The position numbers were made by a program, and so were the translations under genes. 64,000 nucleotides of DNA from NCBI GenBank assembly GCA_963674785.1, contig OY771555.1, positions 768,001-832,000 of the forward strand, written 5' to 3'. Shown here piece by piece: positions 49,367-60,251 of the stretch (position 1 is the first letter of the stretch; every line of letters begins with the position of its first letter). The notes beneath the pieces were generated by a model. It was not told where the DNA came from and ran no database searches. It was given only the letters and a program-made list of their open reading frames with translations. This DNA is from Caldisericia bacterium (GTDB lineage Bacteria; Caldisericota; Caldisericia; JAAYUI01).

Positions 49367-52300
49367 ATGAGATCCAGAGTTAACATTGTATTGGTTTGCT
49401 TGCTTATTGCAAGCATGCTGTTCGTTCCGACTACCAGTGAAGCCGTTTCCTTGTGGAGTGAAGTTGGACTTTATGACTACGGTCCGGGTAATTATATATT
49501 TGGAAATCCTGGCTTTTCGGCATCACCCGACCTTTTCTATTATGAGAATGATTCGACTATTCAATCCGGATGGATTGACACATATGACGATGGGTTATTC
49601 TTACCGGCATATGCCAGATTTAACGGATATTCATGGAGAAACTCTGACTACGAGGACACCTACGCTGTAAATGCTGCTCCCCCTTCGATAACTGAATACG
49701 TTGCTGGATCTGGAGTCGTAACATATGATGCAGGCTCGGTAACTCAGGTAAAAATCGCCCCAAAAAGAGATACATACGGTGGTGGGCTAGAGCCTCACCC
49801 GATTATGATATGTGGCTGGATATTCCAAACATCAAAATTCACAGGGACAGAGCTGTACTACTGTGACTTAAATGAATCTTCAAGTTTAAGAGTGTGGAAA
49901 CCTGTTTCTTTCACAAAGAATCATAAAAAAGATTTTGATGTTTGTTTTGATGATGGATATATTTTCCTTACCTGGCTCGAATGGGATAGCACTTCCAGAT
50001 GCTACCAGGTAATGGTCTCAAGATACTCTTATGAACTTGGCAGATGGATGCCTTTACAAAATGATCCTCAACCAATTCATGATTTGATTCTTCGAGAAAG
50101 AGCAACACAGGTAACCACGTCAATTGGATCAAAATACACCCCAAAAGTTCAAAGTGTCAAAGGACCTTCAGGATTTCAAGAAATACCTATCATTTGTTGG
50201 GATGAAGACGACGAGATACTTATGGGTAAATGGGATCCAACAACCAACCCCAATCCATCTCCTCATATAAAAGGTTGGGTTGATCTCGAAGGTGAAGAAA
50301 ATAGAACCACAAACGTTTCAAACACGCCAAACAGAGGTTCTCATGAGCCGGATTTCGCACTTGATCCAAATAACAACAATTATCCAGTAGCCGTCTGGAG
50401 TGAGTGCAACAACTTCGGAAAATATGATGCAGTTGGGTCAAAGTGGGACGGTGCAGCTTGGAAGGTTTTGGAAAACATTCCAAATCCTGGTCACACGGTT
50501 ATTGGAGAGACAGTAACAATTGGTGATGCCGGAATCCCAAGAATCGCTCTTCTTGATGACAGCTCACCCGTAATTACCTGGCAACATTATTATGGAGATA
50601 CCAAAAGGTCTTTCATTACCATCAAAGACGGTAATGATTTCTACGGGATTGACGGAAACCCTGGTTATTCTGAGATAAACCCTGCCCAGACAAGTGCATT
50701 TGACGTAACCCCATATGTAATCTCAAATGGAACTGAGGACGATGAGATTGCTATAAATGGAATAACGTACCCGAAATCGAGGTTTTTTGGAAGCCAACAG
50801 ACAAATATATTTTATCAAAAAATAACAAAAGAGCCTGCCCCAGATGATATTGAATATGAAGTAAGAATTGTGACTCCGGGCAGAGAAACAGGCTGGAATG
50901 AGGGATGGTTCCCAATAACAAAGCTTACGGATGATCCTGAGTTTGTAGAGTACAAAATCACCCTTAGAAACCTTCATGAAAATCAACAGAATAGATTTTT
51001 CTATATGCACTTCAATTCGATTGTAAGGTTTTTGAGTTTCAATGTTAATGAGGTATCCTTCTCGAGTGTACCTCATCCTCTAATTGGTCCTAACTATCCA
51101 ATAATCGGATCTAAGCTCAATTCGTATGAATCATCCTATGTTTATTTGGAACATAACCCAACTCCGGTTACAGCTCCAAGTTATCCATATGAATCCTATA
51201 GAAGACCAATGAAATGGTTTCAACTCTTTCACGGAAATGATTATACAAAGATCGATGAGATAACTTTCATTTTGAAAGTCGAGTACCCAAATTCATTCTC
51301 TTGCCCTTATTTGCTCATGGCACCTGGTGATAAAAACTTTATGCCAATGGATGACCCACAATTCTACTATACGCATATGTACACAAAAGAATTTTCAGAT
51401 TATGCATCACCTCCATGCCCTTATCCAAACGGTTATGACAGTACTCAATTCCACAACTTTGTTGGATTCAATACACCTTACAAATACAACAACCTTGTTG
51501 TCGTTCCCGACTACAACGATCTCAATGCATGCAAACCAGCTGAGGCTTTTACTGTGACACTGCTTTCTCCTTGGGGCGATAATGTCGATTTCCTTTATGA
51601 CCTTTATATTGAAAACAGGCAAGAGCTCTCCGGAATCAATCTATGGTTTAAAAACCCCTCTGGGGAGAGTAGAAGCGGAAGGGTTGTTACATTGTTGTAT
51701 GCAATTGCCGACTGCTCCGCACCTGCAAATTGGTTTACACCTAGAGTTAAAGCTCGGTTTACAAGAAAAGACGATCAGAGGGTTATTCAATACGACACAA
51801 AAGATATTGAGATTCTGGTAAGAAGACCGCATCTTTACGGTAGCAAAACCGCAAACACATCGATGGCCGCTGTTGGCGATGTTGTTAATTACACTATAAC
51901 GGTTGGGAATGACGGAGCCGGCTCTGCCTATGATGTTGAAATTACAGACATCATGCCTCATGATCTAGAATTTTTAAATAGTAGTATTGCTGGGAAAAAA
52001 AACGGAAATAATGTCAGTTTTGTTTTTGAAGAAATTGGTCCAGGTGAAGAATACAAAATCAAGATCGCTTGTAGAATCAGAACTGACGCACACATCAAAT
52101 CTGGAGATGTCATCACAAATACTGCGAGAATATCTGGACTAGAAAAAGACCTTTCAACAAACATGGGCATTACAGTGCGTGGGACGGTACCAGGATGCGA
52201 AATGCCTCAGGTTGAAATGGTTATCGACAAACATAAACTTGGTGAATCAATCAAGGCTGGTGAAGAGTTTGATTGCAAGATGCTTATTCACAGGGGATGC

Positions 52301-52492
52301 AATCCATTTGATGTTATCATTTTCTGGGATGATAATGGAAACTCTGACAGATTTGAAATCGGTGAGTCCATGGAGCACAATTTCACTCACACCTATGATG
52401 AACCTGGAGAGTATCTCGTAAGAGTATCTGTTGCAGACGAGTACGGGAAAATGGTGAATCTTTATAAGCACATTCACGTAAAGAGCAAATAA
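49367..52492 (+). CDS. Secreted protein: propeller-like repeats, DUF11-like domain and PKD-like domain
   Basis: Signal peptide ending SEA; KTAN..VGDVVNYTITVGNDG..VEITDIMP (DUF11); WDD..HTYDEPGEYLVRVSV (PKD); promoter TTGACG-N17-TAGAAT. Confidence 0.8.
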   Translation: MRSRVNIVLVCLLIASMLFVPTTSEAVSLWSEVGLYDYGPGNYIFGNPGFSASPDLFYYENDSTIQSGWIDTYDDGLFLPAYARFNGYSWRNSDYEDTYAVNAAPPSITEYVAGSGVVTYDAGSVTQVKIAPKRDTYGGGLEPHPIMICGWIFQTSKFTGTELYYCDLNESSSLRVWKPVSFTKNHKKDFDVCFDDGYIFLTWLEWDSTSRCYQVMVSRYSYELGRWMPLQNDPQPIHDLILRERATQVTTSIGSKYTPKVQSVKGPSGFQEIPIICWDEDDEILMGKWDPTTNPNPSPHIKGWVDLEGEENRTTNVSNTPNRGSHEPDFALDPNNNNYPVAVWSECNNFGKYDAVGSKWDGAAWKVLENIPNPGHTVIGETVTIGDAGIPRIALLDDSSPVITWQHYYGDTKRSFITIKDGNDFYGIDGNPGYSEINPAQTSAFDVTPYVISNGTEDDEIAINGITYPKSRFFGSQQTNIFYQKITKEPAPDDIEYEVRIVTPGRETGWNEGWFPITKLTDDPEFVEYKITLRNLHENQQNRFFYMHFNSIVRFLSFNVNEVSFSSVPHPLIGPNYPIIGSKLNSYESSYVYLEHNPTPVTAPSYPYESYRRPMKWFQLFHGNDYTKIDEITFILKVEYPNSFSCPYLLMAPGDKNFMPMDDPQFYYTHMYTKEFSDYASPPCPYPNGYDSTQFHNFVGFNTPYKYNNLVVVPDYNDLNACKPAEAFTVTLLSPWGDNVDFLYDLYIENRQELSGINLWFKNPSGESRSGRVVTLLYAIADCSAPANWFTPRVKARFTRKDDQRVIQYDTKDIEILVRRPHLYGSKTANTSMAAVGDVVNYTITVGNDGAGSAYDVEITDIMPHDLEFLNSSIAGKKNGNNVSFVFEEIGPGEEYKIKIACRIRTDAHIKSGDVITNTARISGLEKDLSTNMGITVRGTVPGCEMPQVEMVIDKHKLGESIKAGEEFDCKMLIHRGCNPFDVIIFWDDNGNSDRFEIGESMEHNFTHTYDEPGEYLVRVSVADEYGKMVNLYKHIHVKSK

Positions 52493-52524
52493 AAACTACT
52501 CTGGTAGTTTATCTCATAACAAAC

Positions 52525-52555
52525 AAAAACCCCCGAGGATTAATCGGGGGTTTTT
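52525..52555. terminator. Bidirectional Rho-independent terminator
   Basis: aaaaacccccga..tcgggggttttt between convergent genes. Confidence 0.85.
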
Positions 52556-52584
52556 GTTATATACATGCAATTGGGCTGAACTGT

Positions 52585-53802
52585 CTACTCAGTCATCTCT
52601 TCCTGTGTCATCGGTCTTCCGCCTATATCGAACCTTTTGATAAGACCCGCAACTGAGACCACAAAGATTTTGTCATTCAAAATTGCAGGGCTGCTGACAA
52701 ACAGATGCTCCTCTCTTGCCTCTTTTAGACCAAACCTATTATGCCAAACCCACTGTCCATTTGAGGTTGAGCCAACATAAAACCTTCCATCACCAGCCCC
52801 AAAATAGACATAGTCATTCCCAATCAAAACTGGTGCTTTAATCGGGAATGTTACGCCAAGCGACCACAAAAATGAAAGCCCATTTACACTGTCTGTAAGA
52901 GCAATCACGTTGCCATGCTCTGTTGTTGTACAGATAATGTTCATGTAAACTGAGGCTCCAGTTATCAGCTTTGCACCATATTCTGTTGAATCAACAATCT
53001 CACCCGATGGAGTTGGTGCATTGTATGAGTAACTCTCGAGAACATCTCCGTTTTTATCATCGATTTTGTAAAGATTTCCATCAACCGCAAAAATACTGCT
53101 CCTCTGACAAGAAACGGGGGCAATTAAATCATCTTTCAAATACAGACTCCAGGCTTCAACCAAATCATAATCATTGAATGCTATCAGCTGCTTTCCGGCA
53201 ACAAGATACAGATATTTCTGCAGGGTTGGTGCCTGTGTGAAAGTATGCTTATCATAGTCCTTGTGGAAAACCTGACCGCCTTTTGATTCTTCCAGGCAGT
53301 AAAGATCGTGTTCAGTTACAAACCAAAGTTTTCCACCATCATTGAGCGGATATCCGACAACCTCTCCCTCGAGCTCAGATTCCCAAATTGAATTACCATC
53401 TGAGATATTCAAAGCCAACATTTTGTTATCAACACCCAGGTAAACCATGTTTGCACCAATGATTGGCTGTGAAATATTGTTACCCAGTTTTTTGCTCCAA
53501 ACAACCTCGCCAGTTTCTGTTGAAAGGCAGTATATATTACCGTTGTCATCTGGAATCACCAAAGCACCACCGGCAACAACAGGAGAAAAACTTGTTTTGT
53601 TGGGGAGAGTTTTTTCCCAAGTGACAGCAAATGAGGGACTCGGTGAAAAGGGTGAAGTACCACTGTTGTAGATTGAGCCGAGAGGATATTTCCAAGTAGC
53701 ATTACCATCCTCAGTGTTGATTACAACTTTTCCCGCTCCACACCCGGAAATCAAAGTTACAAATAGCAAAATGGCAAGACAAGATGATAAATGTTTTCTC
53801 AT
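52585..53802 (-). CDS. PQQ-like beta-propeller lipoprotein (BamB-like fold)
   Basis: Lipobox ISGC; repeats IYCLSTETGEVVW and ALNISDGNSIW. Confidence 0.82.
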   Translation of the reverse strand: MRKHLSSCLAILLFVTLISGCGAGKVVINTEDGNATWKYPLGSIYNSGTSPFSPSPSFAVTWEKTLPNKTSFSPVVAGGALVIPDDNGNIYCLSTETGEVVWSKKLGNNISQPIIGANMVYLGVDNKMLALNISDGNSIWESELEGEVVGYPLNDGGKLWFVTEHDLYCLEESKGGQVFHKDYDKHTFTQAPTLQKYLYLVAGKQLIAFNDYDLVEAWSLYLKDDLIAPVSCQRSSIFAVDGNLYKIDDKNGDVLESYSYNAPTPSGEIVDSTEYGAKLITGASVYMNIICTTTEHGNVIALTDSVNGLSFLWSLGVTFPIKAPVLIGNDYVYFGAGDGRFYVGSTSNGQWVWHNRFGLKEAREEHLFVSSPAILNDKIFVVSVAGLIKRFDIGGRPMTQEEMTE

Positions 53803-53870
53803 ATACGACTCTACTCCTGATTATAGTTTCGAAAACAGTATAGGCAAAAACAGAAAATTGTTCCAGAAAT

Positions 53871-54959
53871 CTACTTTTCTGATGTGATCCTGTCAACAGA
53901 AGTACCCAGGTACTCAACATCAGAAACGGTATTTAAAAAGCCAAGACCAACCCTGATTACTCCCTCTGGATGAAGTTTGATCGCTTTACAAGCGCCCGGG
54001 TTTCCAAACATCCCATGTCCAACAACAATCCCAAACCGCTCTTCAAGCATTCCTGCAATTGTGTTTGGCATATGTTTGTTGACGGTAAAACTCAGAATCG
54101 AGGAAGAGGAAGAGCCTGGAGGGGTTATGATTTCAACCCTTCTGCACATCTCAAGCACACCCTGCAAAACAGTTCCGAGACCTTTGATATGGTTTTTTAT
54201 TCGCTCAGGGTTTTCAGCCAAAACAAAGTCTACCCCCGCTGCAACAGACACTATGCCAAGAATGTTTTCTGAGGAATAAAAATCCATCAGATCAAGGTTT
54301 TTAAACTTGTTCTTCAGGCTTGGATTGATGTAAAGCCCAGCAATTCCACCCACTCCATAAAGATGTTTGTGAGTTGAGAAATAAGCAATGTCTACGCCAA
54401 GCTCAGTAATATCTATAGGCATTGAACCAATTGAATCAGAAAGATCACAAACAATAACGGTTTTCTTCTCTTTACAATGAGCAGCAATTCTGGATATTGG
54501 AAGTCTTATTCCAGTGATTGAGTTAACATGTGAGATAGCTAAAAGCTTCACATCATTAACTCTTGCAAGCTGGGGAACTTTCAAACTGAATCTTTTATCC
54601 ACAGGGATCTTTACGATATCAACCCCTCTGCCGGATGTAATATTTATGAGGTTTGAGTTGGCAAGTTCATCACCAGATGAAACAACCATCCTGTCACCCG
54701 CAGCTAAAAATTCTCCAATAATCTTGTCTTGGATGAATGAAACATTCGGAGCAAAATAAATATCATCAGGATGAACTGAAAGGAGCTTTGCAAGACCATT
54801 TCTGGCATCACTGATTTTAGATGAGGTTATCTTGGTAAAACTGTTTGATTCACCTGTAGTTTTGATAACTCCTGTGTCCTTCATGTATCCAGACACAGCT
54901 GCCTGAACCGATGGCACCTTTGGAAAAGTTGATGAGTTATTGTTTAGATATACCGGCAT
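53871..54959 (-). CDS. Aminotransferase class V (cysteine-desulfurase-like), degenerate
   Basis: YLNNNSSTFPK, SHVNSITG, FSTHKHLYG and IRVGLGFLNT; the catalytic RxGxHC is replaced by GHGMFG. Confidence 0.75.
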   Translation of the reverse strand: MPVYLNNNSSTFPKVPSVQAAVSGYMKDTGVIKTTGESNSFTKITSSKISDARNGLAKLLSVHPDDIYFAPNVSFIQDKIIGEFLAAGDRMVVSSGDELANSNLINITSGRGVDIVKIPVDKRFSLKVPQLARVNDVKLLAISHVNSITGIRLPISRIAAHCKEKKTVIVCDLSDSIGSMPIDITELGVDIAYFSTHKHLYGVGGIAGLYINPSLKNKFKNLDLMDFYSSENILGIVSVAAGVDFVLAENPERIKNHIKGLGTVLQGVLEMCRRVEIITPPGSSSSSILSFTVNKHMPNTIAGMLEERFGIVVGHGMFGNPGACKAIKLHPEGVIRVGLGFLNTVSDVEYLGTSVDRITSEK

Positions 54960-55484
54960 CTACCTAATCACCATACTCACAATAAACATTACCATCGAAG
55001 CGGAAAGACCAAGAACTACAAGGGTGTTTGTGACTGATTGGACGATATGTGTTTGAATCACAGCATCTGGAAAAGTTCGAGGTAAAAGAGTGAGCAATCT
55101 CTTTGAATCATCATATTCTCTAGAATCGATGACACCACCACTTGGGAATTTTATCTGAAATCTCGCTTCTTTATCTGTACCAAATCTCATGATGTTGATT
55201 TCAGTCGGAGTATCAATCTTTTTCCCGTCAATGAATAATTCACCATTATCAGAGTCGATTTCAATTCCTCTATGCTCAGTATCCGATTTTATTTTCGGTA
55301 AGAGATAAAACGCACAGATAATCAGCGTTCCTACACCAATATAGGTCGGAAACATCGTGCCGGGTTTAAAGATTGAAAAGAGTAAATTTGATAGTGTTGT
55401 TATCAACAAAAAGACAGTTCCTGCAAGAAAAACGGGCTCAATAATTGCCACACTCGACCTGATGTACTGAAATCTCTTTTTCAT
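54960..55484 (-). CDS. Hypothetical membrane protein
   Basis: Three hydrophobic segments; abuts the next gene; promoter TTGAAG-N17-TAGATT. Confidence 0.7.
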   Translation of the reverse strand: MKKRFQYIRSSVAIIEPVFLAGTVFLLITTLSNLLFSIFKPGTMFPTYIGVGTLIICAFYLLPKIKSDTEHRGIEIDSDNGELFIDGKKIDTPTEINIMRFGTDKEARFQIKFPSGGVIDSREYDDSKRLLTLLPRTFPDAVIQTHIVQSVTNTLVVLGLSASMVMFIVSMVIR

Positions 55485-55560
55485 GTGGATGTTAATCTAG
55501 CATAATAAATGAAAATCTTCAACTATTGAAAGTTCGGCAGATGACACTATTATGTTCCAA

Positions 55561-58500
55561 GTGTCTATTGAGTCAGTGACAATAAAAGGGTTTAAAACCT
55601 TTGCAAAATCTGTAAAATTCAAACTCTCGGATCGATTGACGGGTGTTGTTGGGCCAAACGGTTCTGGAAAAAGCAACCTTGTTGATGCAATCAGATGGGG
55701 TATTGGTGAAAAAGCCCTAAACCTTCTGCGTGTAGGTAAACCTTCGGATATTATCTACGCTGGGATTGCTGAAAGAAAGCCCCTTTCAATGGCAGAAGTC
55801 TCAATAAGGTTGGACAACAAAAGTGGTCTTTATCCAATTGAAGCAGATGAGGTTTTGATAACCCGTCGAATCTTCAAGGACGGCGAAACCGAATTTGTAA
55901 TAAACGACAAGTCATGCAGACTCAAGGATATAGGTGATCTCTTCCGAGGGACAGGTCTTGGAAAACAAACCTATTCGGTTGTCGGGCAGGGTGAGGTTGA
56001 CCTCGTTCTTTCTGCAACTCCAGGTGAAAGACTTCGAACAATGGAGGAGCTTGCAGGTGTTGATATTCTGCGTGGCACAAAAAGAAGCGTCGAGAGAAAG
56101 CTTGAAAATGCTGGTGTTGAAATGGGTAGAATCAGTGCCAGTCTTTCTGAACAAAAGCATAACTACGAGAGGCTTCGTGTTCAAAGTGAGGTTCTCTCAA
56201 AATACAAAACAATCAGCGATAGGGTAACTCATCTCAAACTTCAGCTTTTGCTCATTGAAATAAAAGAAATCAACATAGAGCTTGAGTCACTGACATCTAG
56301 ATACAAAATTATCGGTATCAAACAGAAGGAAAGTGACGATGAGCTTGAAAGTCTCGAGACAAGTTCCGAAATAAAGACACAGATTGCAAAACTTGACGAG
56401 GAACGCGAGAAGGTTGTCGAAGAGCGTGAAGCCGCACTTGTTGTCAAAACCAGAAAACAATCTGAACTCGAACATAAACGTGAGAGAATAAAATATCTTG
56501 TGGATCAAATCCAAAAACAAATCCTTGAGCTTGAGTCAGGAAAAAAGGACATAATCTCAAAAGAGAATTCGATAAAGAAACTTACAGAAGAGATTGATGT
56601 TGCAAAAAACGAGGTTGAAAGACTCAAGGCTGAACGTGAAAAAATTGAAAAACCAAAAATCGATGAGGGTGATGACAGGAAACAGAGAAATGAAATCACC
56701 GGAAGACTCGACCAGAACAAGAAAAATGCAAATAAGATTCGAGGGGACATCTCGTCGTGTGAATCGGTTCTAACTGTAACTCGGGAAAGAATCAGACAGA
56801 CAACCGCGGCAATTGCCGAACTCGAAAACATCACATACGAAGAAATCAAAGACGAAAATACCGAAGAGAATATCAGAAAAATCAATGATGAGATAAGAAA
56901 ACTGAATGAATCACAAGCAGAACTTTCGGATAAAAAAGATAAAATAGGTGAAAAGATAGCACACCTAAACGCTGAGATAAAATCCACAGAAAAACAGCTT
57001 GCAAAAAACAAAAAATTACTCGACAGTCTCTCTTTCCTCCCATCGAAAACCGGAAAACCTGTGTTGCCATCGGAACTTGATCTTAGCGAATTCAGCGATG
57101 AGGAAAAGACGTTTATCAAAAACAATCTGGATTGGATAGTCGCAGGAGATGATGCCCCAGAAATCATGGCAAACATCCCTGAAAACTCTGGTGTAACCGT
57201 TGTTCTTGGTGTGCCTACTTTTAAACTCACAGAAAACATCAAGTCAGCTCTTACAAATTCACAGAGTGTCCAACTCACAAAAGATGGATTCATAGTGATT
57301 GAAGGAAAATATATCCTTCAGAAATCGGCTGGGATAAGCGAGATTTCAATAGAAACCGAGATTTCTGAAAATACAAAAACAATTGCCGACCATAAGTTGG
57401 AAACTGGAAAACTTGAATCTGAGATTTCTACAATTGTTTCTGAAATTGAAAAAACAAAACAGGAAGTTGTTGGAAAAAACCAAGAAAAATCTGAACTCGT
57501 AAGAATTCAAACTGAGATAAAAACTAAAAAAGAACAACAAGAAAGACTTAAGGAAAAGAATAAGCTTGAGCTTGAGAGGAAGAAATCTGGACTCTCAGAC
57601 TTCAAAAAAACTGAGGATGAAAAAACTGATGAACTCTCAGAGCTTCAAAAAAACCTTGCAAAGGCTGTCTCTTCAATCCGAGAGGTAGGAGATGAGCTTT
57701 CCGACTTCGATTCAAAACGCCTGAGTCGTGAAAAGGAAAGAGCTGAGTTTGAAAGGGTTTACGCTGCTGCAACCCGAGAGGTTGATGTAGCTGCAAATAC
57801 ACTCAAAGAAACAGAGCAAAATCTTGAGCGAACAAAGAAAGAGTTAACCGAACAAACACAGTATCTGGCAGACCTTGAGAGTAGCTCAAAGAGCATGGAG
57901 AAGGAATCCAAGCTTCTGACAGAAAACATCATCGAAACAGAGCGTGAGTTGAACACTGCAAACATGACAATTGTCAGAACTGAACGACTCGAAAAAGAAT
58001 CAATTGAAAAAAGGGAAGCACTCAAAGCAGACGATCTGGAACGTGAAAACAAGATAAAAACAGTACGCGCAAGAATCGGAAGATATTCTGCTGAAAAACA
58101 TAAAATCGAACTGAAACAGGTTGAATTCAGAACCAAAAGAGACCGCCTTGTAACTGACATCAGTGAACTTGGGGGGGACCCAGATGCCAGAATCGAAGAG
58201 GTGGATGTTGACGAGATGAAGGCTGAACTCTCCAGCAAAACCAGACAGCTTGCTGAATACGGTGCAGTCAACATGAAAGCTGAAGAGGAGGCAAAATCAG
58301 CCTCTGAAAGGCTTCACTTTATCGAAGGTCAACTCAATGACCTTGCACAGACTGAGGCAAACCTTCGCACATCACTTGCGGAGCTTGAAGCAAAAATCAA
58401 AGAGAATTTCGAGACGATCTACCGCTCAGTTGAAAAGGAATTCAGGAGATTGGCAGATGTTCTTTTCCCTGGAGCAATTGGAAACTTGAAACGTGTTAAG

Positions 58501-58878
58501 GATGAAAACGATGAAACCATCGGTGTTCAGGTTGAGTTCATGTTGCCGGGAAGACGTATGAAAAGCCTTCACGCACTTTCTGGTGGCGAAAAAACACTTG
58601 GAGCATTGGCCCTTCTTTTTGCATTCTTCAGAACAAAAAGCTCTCCATTTTGTGTGCTTGATGAGGTTGATGCAGCACTCGATGACAACAATATTGAGAG
58701 ATTTACAAGACTGCTTCGAACAGAAGCCAAAGATACACAATTTGTCGTAATCACACACAACAAGGAAACAATGAGATGGTGCGACACTTTATATGGAATC
58801 ACCATGGATGCAACAGGAACCTCAATGGTGGTTGGAGTACAACTTGATGAGAAAGATAAACAGACAGCAACTGATTGA
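55561..58878 (+). CDS. smc: Chromosome segregation protein SMC (short hinge)
   Basis: GFKTF, GPNGSGKSN, VGQG, LSGGE, LDEVDAALD and ITH, with long coiled coils. GTG 55561 is preferred over ATG 55552. Confidence 0.93.
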   Translation: MSIESVTIKGFKTFAKSVKFKLSDRLTGVVGPNGSGKSNLVDAIRWGIGEKALNLLRVGKPSDIIYAGIAERKPLSMAEVSIRLDNKSGLYPIEADEVLITRRIFKDGETEFVINDKSCRLKDIGDLFRGTGLGKQTYSVVGQGEVDLVLSATPGERLRTMEELAGVDILRGTKRSVERKLENAGVEMGRISASLSEQKHNYERLRVQSEVLSKYKTISDRVTHLKLQLLLIEIKEINIELESLTSRYKIIGIKQKESDDELESLETSSEIKTQIAKLDEEREKVVEEREAALVVKTRKQSELEHKRERIKYLVDQIQKQILELESGKKDIISKENSIKKLTEEIDVAKNEVERLKAEREKIEKPKIDEGDDRKQRNEITGRLDQNKKNANKIRGDISSCESVLTVTRERIRQTTAAIAELENITYEEIKDENTEENIRKINDEIRKLNESQAELSDKKDKIGEKIAHLNAEIKSTEKQLAKNKKLLDSLSFLPSKTGKPVLPSELDLSEFSDEEKTFIKNNLDWIVAGDDAPEIMANIPENSGVTVVLGVPTFKLTENIKSALTNSQSVQLTKDGFIVIEGKYILQKSAGISEISIETEISENTKTIADHKLETGKLESEISTIVSEIEKTKQEVVGKNQEKSELVRIQTEIKTKKEQQERLKEKNKLELERKKSGLSDFKKTEDEKTDELSELQKNLAKAVSSIREVGDELSDFDSKRLSREKERAEFERVYAAATREVDVAANTLKETEQNLERTKKELTEQTQYLADLESSSKSMEKESKLLTENIIETERELNTANMTIVRTERLEKESIEKREALKADDLERENKIKTVRARIGRYSAEKHKIELKQVEFRTKRDRLVTDISELGGDPDARIEEVDVDEMKAELSSKTRQLAEYGAVNMKAEEEAKSASERLHFIEGQLNDLAQTEANLRTSLAELEAKIKENFETIYRSVEKEFRRLADVLFPGAIGNLKRVKDENDETIGVQVEFMLPGRRMKSLHALSGGEKTLGALALLFAFFRTKSSPFCVLDEVDAALDDNNIERFTRLLRTEAKDTQFVVITHNKETMRWCDTLYGITMDATGTSMVVGVQLDEKDKQTATD

Positions 58879-59674
58879 TGAGATAGCAAAACTCTGCATC
58901 AAAGCAAATAGAGAGTTGCCAGATCATCAAATCGAATTACTAAAAAAAGCAAGAGAAAATGAAGAAACAGAACTTCATAGAGAGCTTCTGGGTCAGGTTC
59001 TTGAAAATGCTGAGCTTGCAAGAAACACAGAACTCCCAATCTGCCAGGATTGCGGGATGGCTGTTGTAATTCTCAAAGTTGGCCGTGAATGCTTCCTGGA
59101 TTTTGATATTGATCAGGTCATTAATGTTGGTGTAGCAAAAGGTTATACCGAAGGTTACCTTCGAGCTTCAATGCTTTTTTCTCCTTTGGATAGAAGAAAC
59201 ACTGAAAACAATACAAAAGCAATCATTCATACTGAACTTGTTGCTGGTGATAAGGTTGAAGTTATTGTTTGCCCAAAGGGTGGCGGTTCTGAAAACGCTA
59301 GTCGTGTAAAGATGCTCACACCCGCAGATGGCCGACAGGGAATAGTTGATTTTGTTGTTGATGCTGTCAAAAACAAAGGTGCATCCGCTTGTCCTCCGCT
59401 GACACTTGGTGTTGGAATTGGTGGAACAATTGAGCATGTGGCAAGACTAGCAAAATTCGCACTTCTTGAAGAAAAACCAAGTGATGAGTTCGCCGATCTC
59501 GAAGCAGAAATCACAGAAAAATGTAACCAGTTAGGAATTGGCGTTGGTGGATTTGGTGGCAAATCAACAGTACTTGCTACTCACGTTTTGAGTCACAGTT
59601 GTCATATTGCGACCCTTCCTGTTGCTGTCAACATTCAATGTCATGCTGCACGCCACGCGAGGGGGATTATATGA
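58847..59674 (+). CDS. Fe-S hydro-lyase (class I fumarate hydratase/tartrate dehydratase) alpha subunit
   Basis: PICQDCG, KGGGSEN, ACPP..GVGIGG, HIATLPVAVNIQCHAARH. Confidence 0.92.
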   Translation: MRKINRQQLIDEIAKLCIKANRELPDHQIELLKKARENEETELHRELLGQVLENAELARNTELPICQDCGMAVVILKVGRECFLDFDIDQVINVGVAKGYTEGYLRASMLFSPLDRRNTENNTKAIIHTELVAGDKVEVIVCPKGGGSENASRVKMLTPADGRQGIVDFVVDAVKNKGASACPPLTLGVGIGGTIEHVARLAKFALLEEKPSDEFADLEAEITEKCNQLGIGVGGFGGKSTVLATHVLSHSCHIATLPVAVNIQCHAARHARGII

Positions 59675-60177
59675 AGACAATCAAACTGACAACCCCAATA
59701 AACAGAGAAGATTTCAAAAAAATGGAGAAGGGTGACCTTGTTCTTATAACCGGTGAGATATATACCGCAAGAGATACAGCCCACAAAATAATCACATGTG
59801 ATGGAAATGTCCCATTTGACTTGAATGATAAAATCATCTATTACGCAGGCCCTGCCCCTGCTCCTCCCGGTAGACCAATCGGTTCAATAGGACCCACAAC
59901 ATCAAGCAGGATGGATGTTTATACCGAAAGAATGCTTCAACTTGGGGTTGCCATAAAAATTGGCAAAGGCCCTCGAAGCCCCGAAACCGAAAAGGTTTTT
60001 AAGGATAACAATGCAATCTATCTTTCAGCACTTGGTGGAGCTGGCGCACTGCTTGCGACAAAGGTAAAAAAAGCTGAGCTGGTCGCATTCCCGCACCTTG
60101 GCCCAGAGGCAATCTACAGGCTTGAGGTCGAGGACTTTCCTGCGATTGTGGTGGTTGATACAACTCCATCATGCTGA
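59671..60177 (+). CDS. Fe-S hydro-lyase (class I fumarate hydratase) beta subunit
   Basis: TARDTAH, GPTTSSRMD, IGKG and LGPEAI; ATGA overlap with the alpha subunit. Confidence 0.92.
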   Translation: MKTIKLTTPINREDFKKMEKGDLVLITGEIYTARDTAHKIITCDGNVPFDLNDKIIYYAGPAPAPPGRPIGSIGPTTSSRMDVYTERMLQLGVAIKIGKGPRSPETEKVFKDNNAIYLSALGGAGALLATKVKKAELVAFPHLGPEAIYRLEVEDFPAIVVVDTTPSC

Positions 60178-60221
60178 ACTGAGATTGTTCCCAATTTTGC
60201 GATAGCAAAAATTCGGAAGAA

Positions 60222-60251
60222 TGTCATTCCAGACTTGATCGGGAATCCAGG
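60222..60251 (+). repeat. CGTC-type palindrome, left flank of gene 60345
   Basis: tgtc-attccaga-cttga-tcgggaat-ccagg. Confidence 0.85.

Noticed and set aside
56505-57293. 262-aa antisense ORF and the many other short overlapping ORFs
   Set aside because: These are antisense or alternate-frame shadows of strongly biased real genes (smc, the giant proteins, copA).
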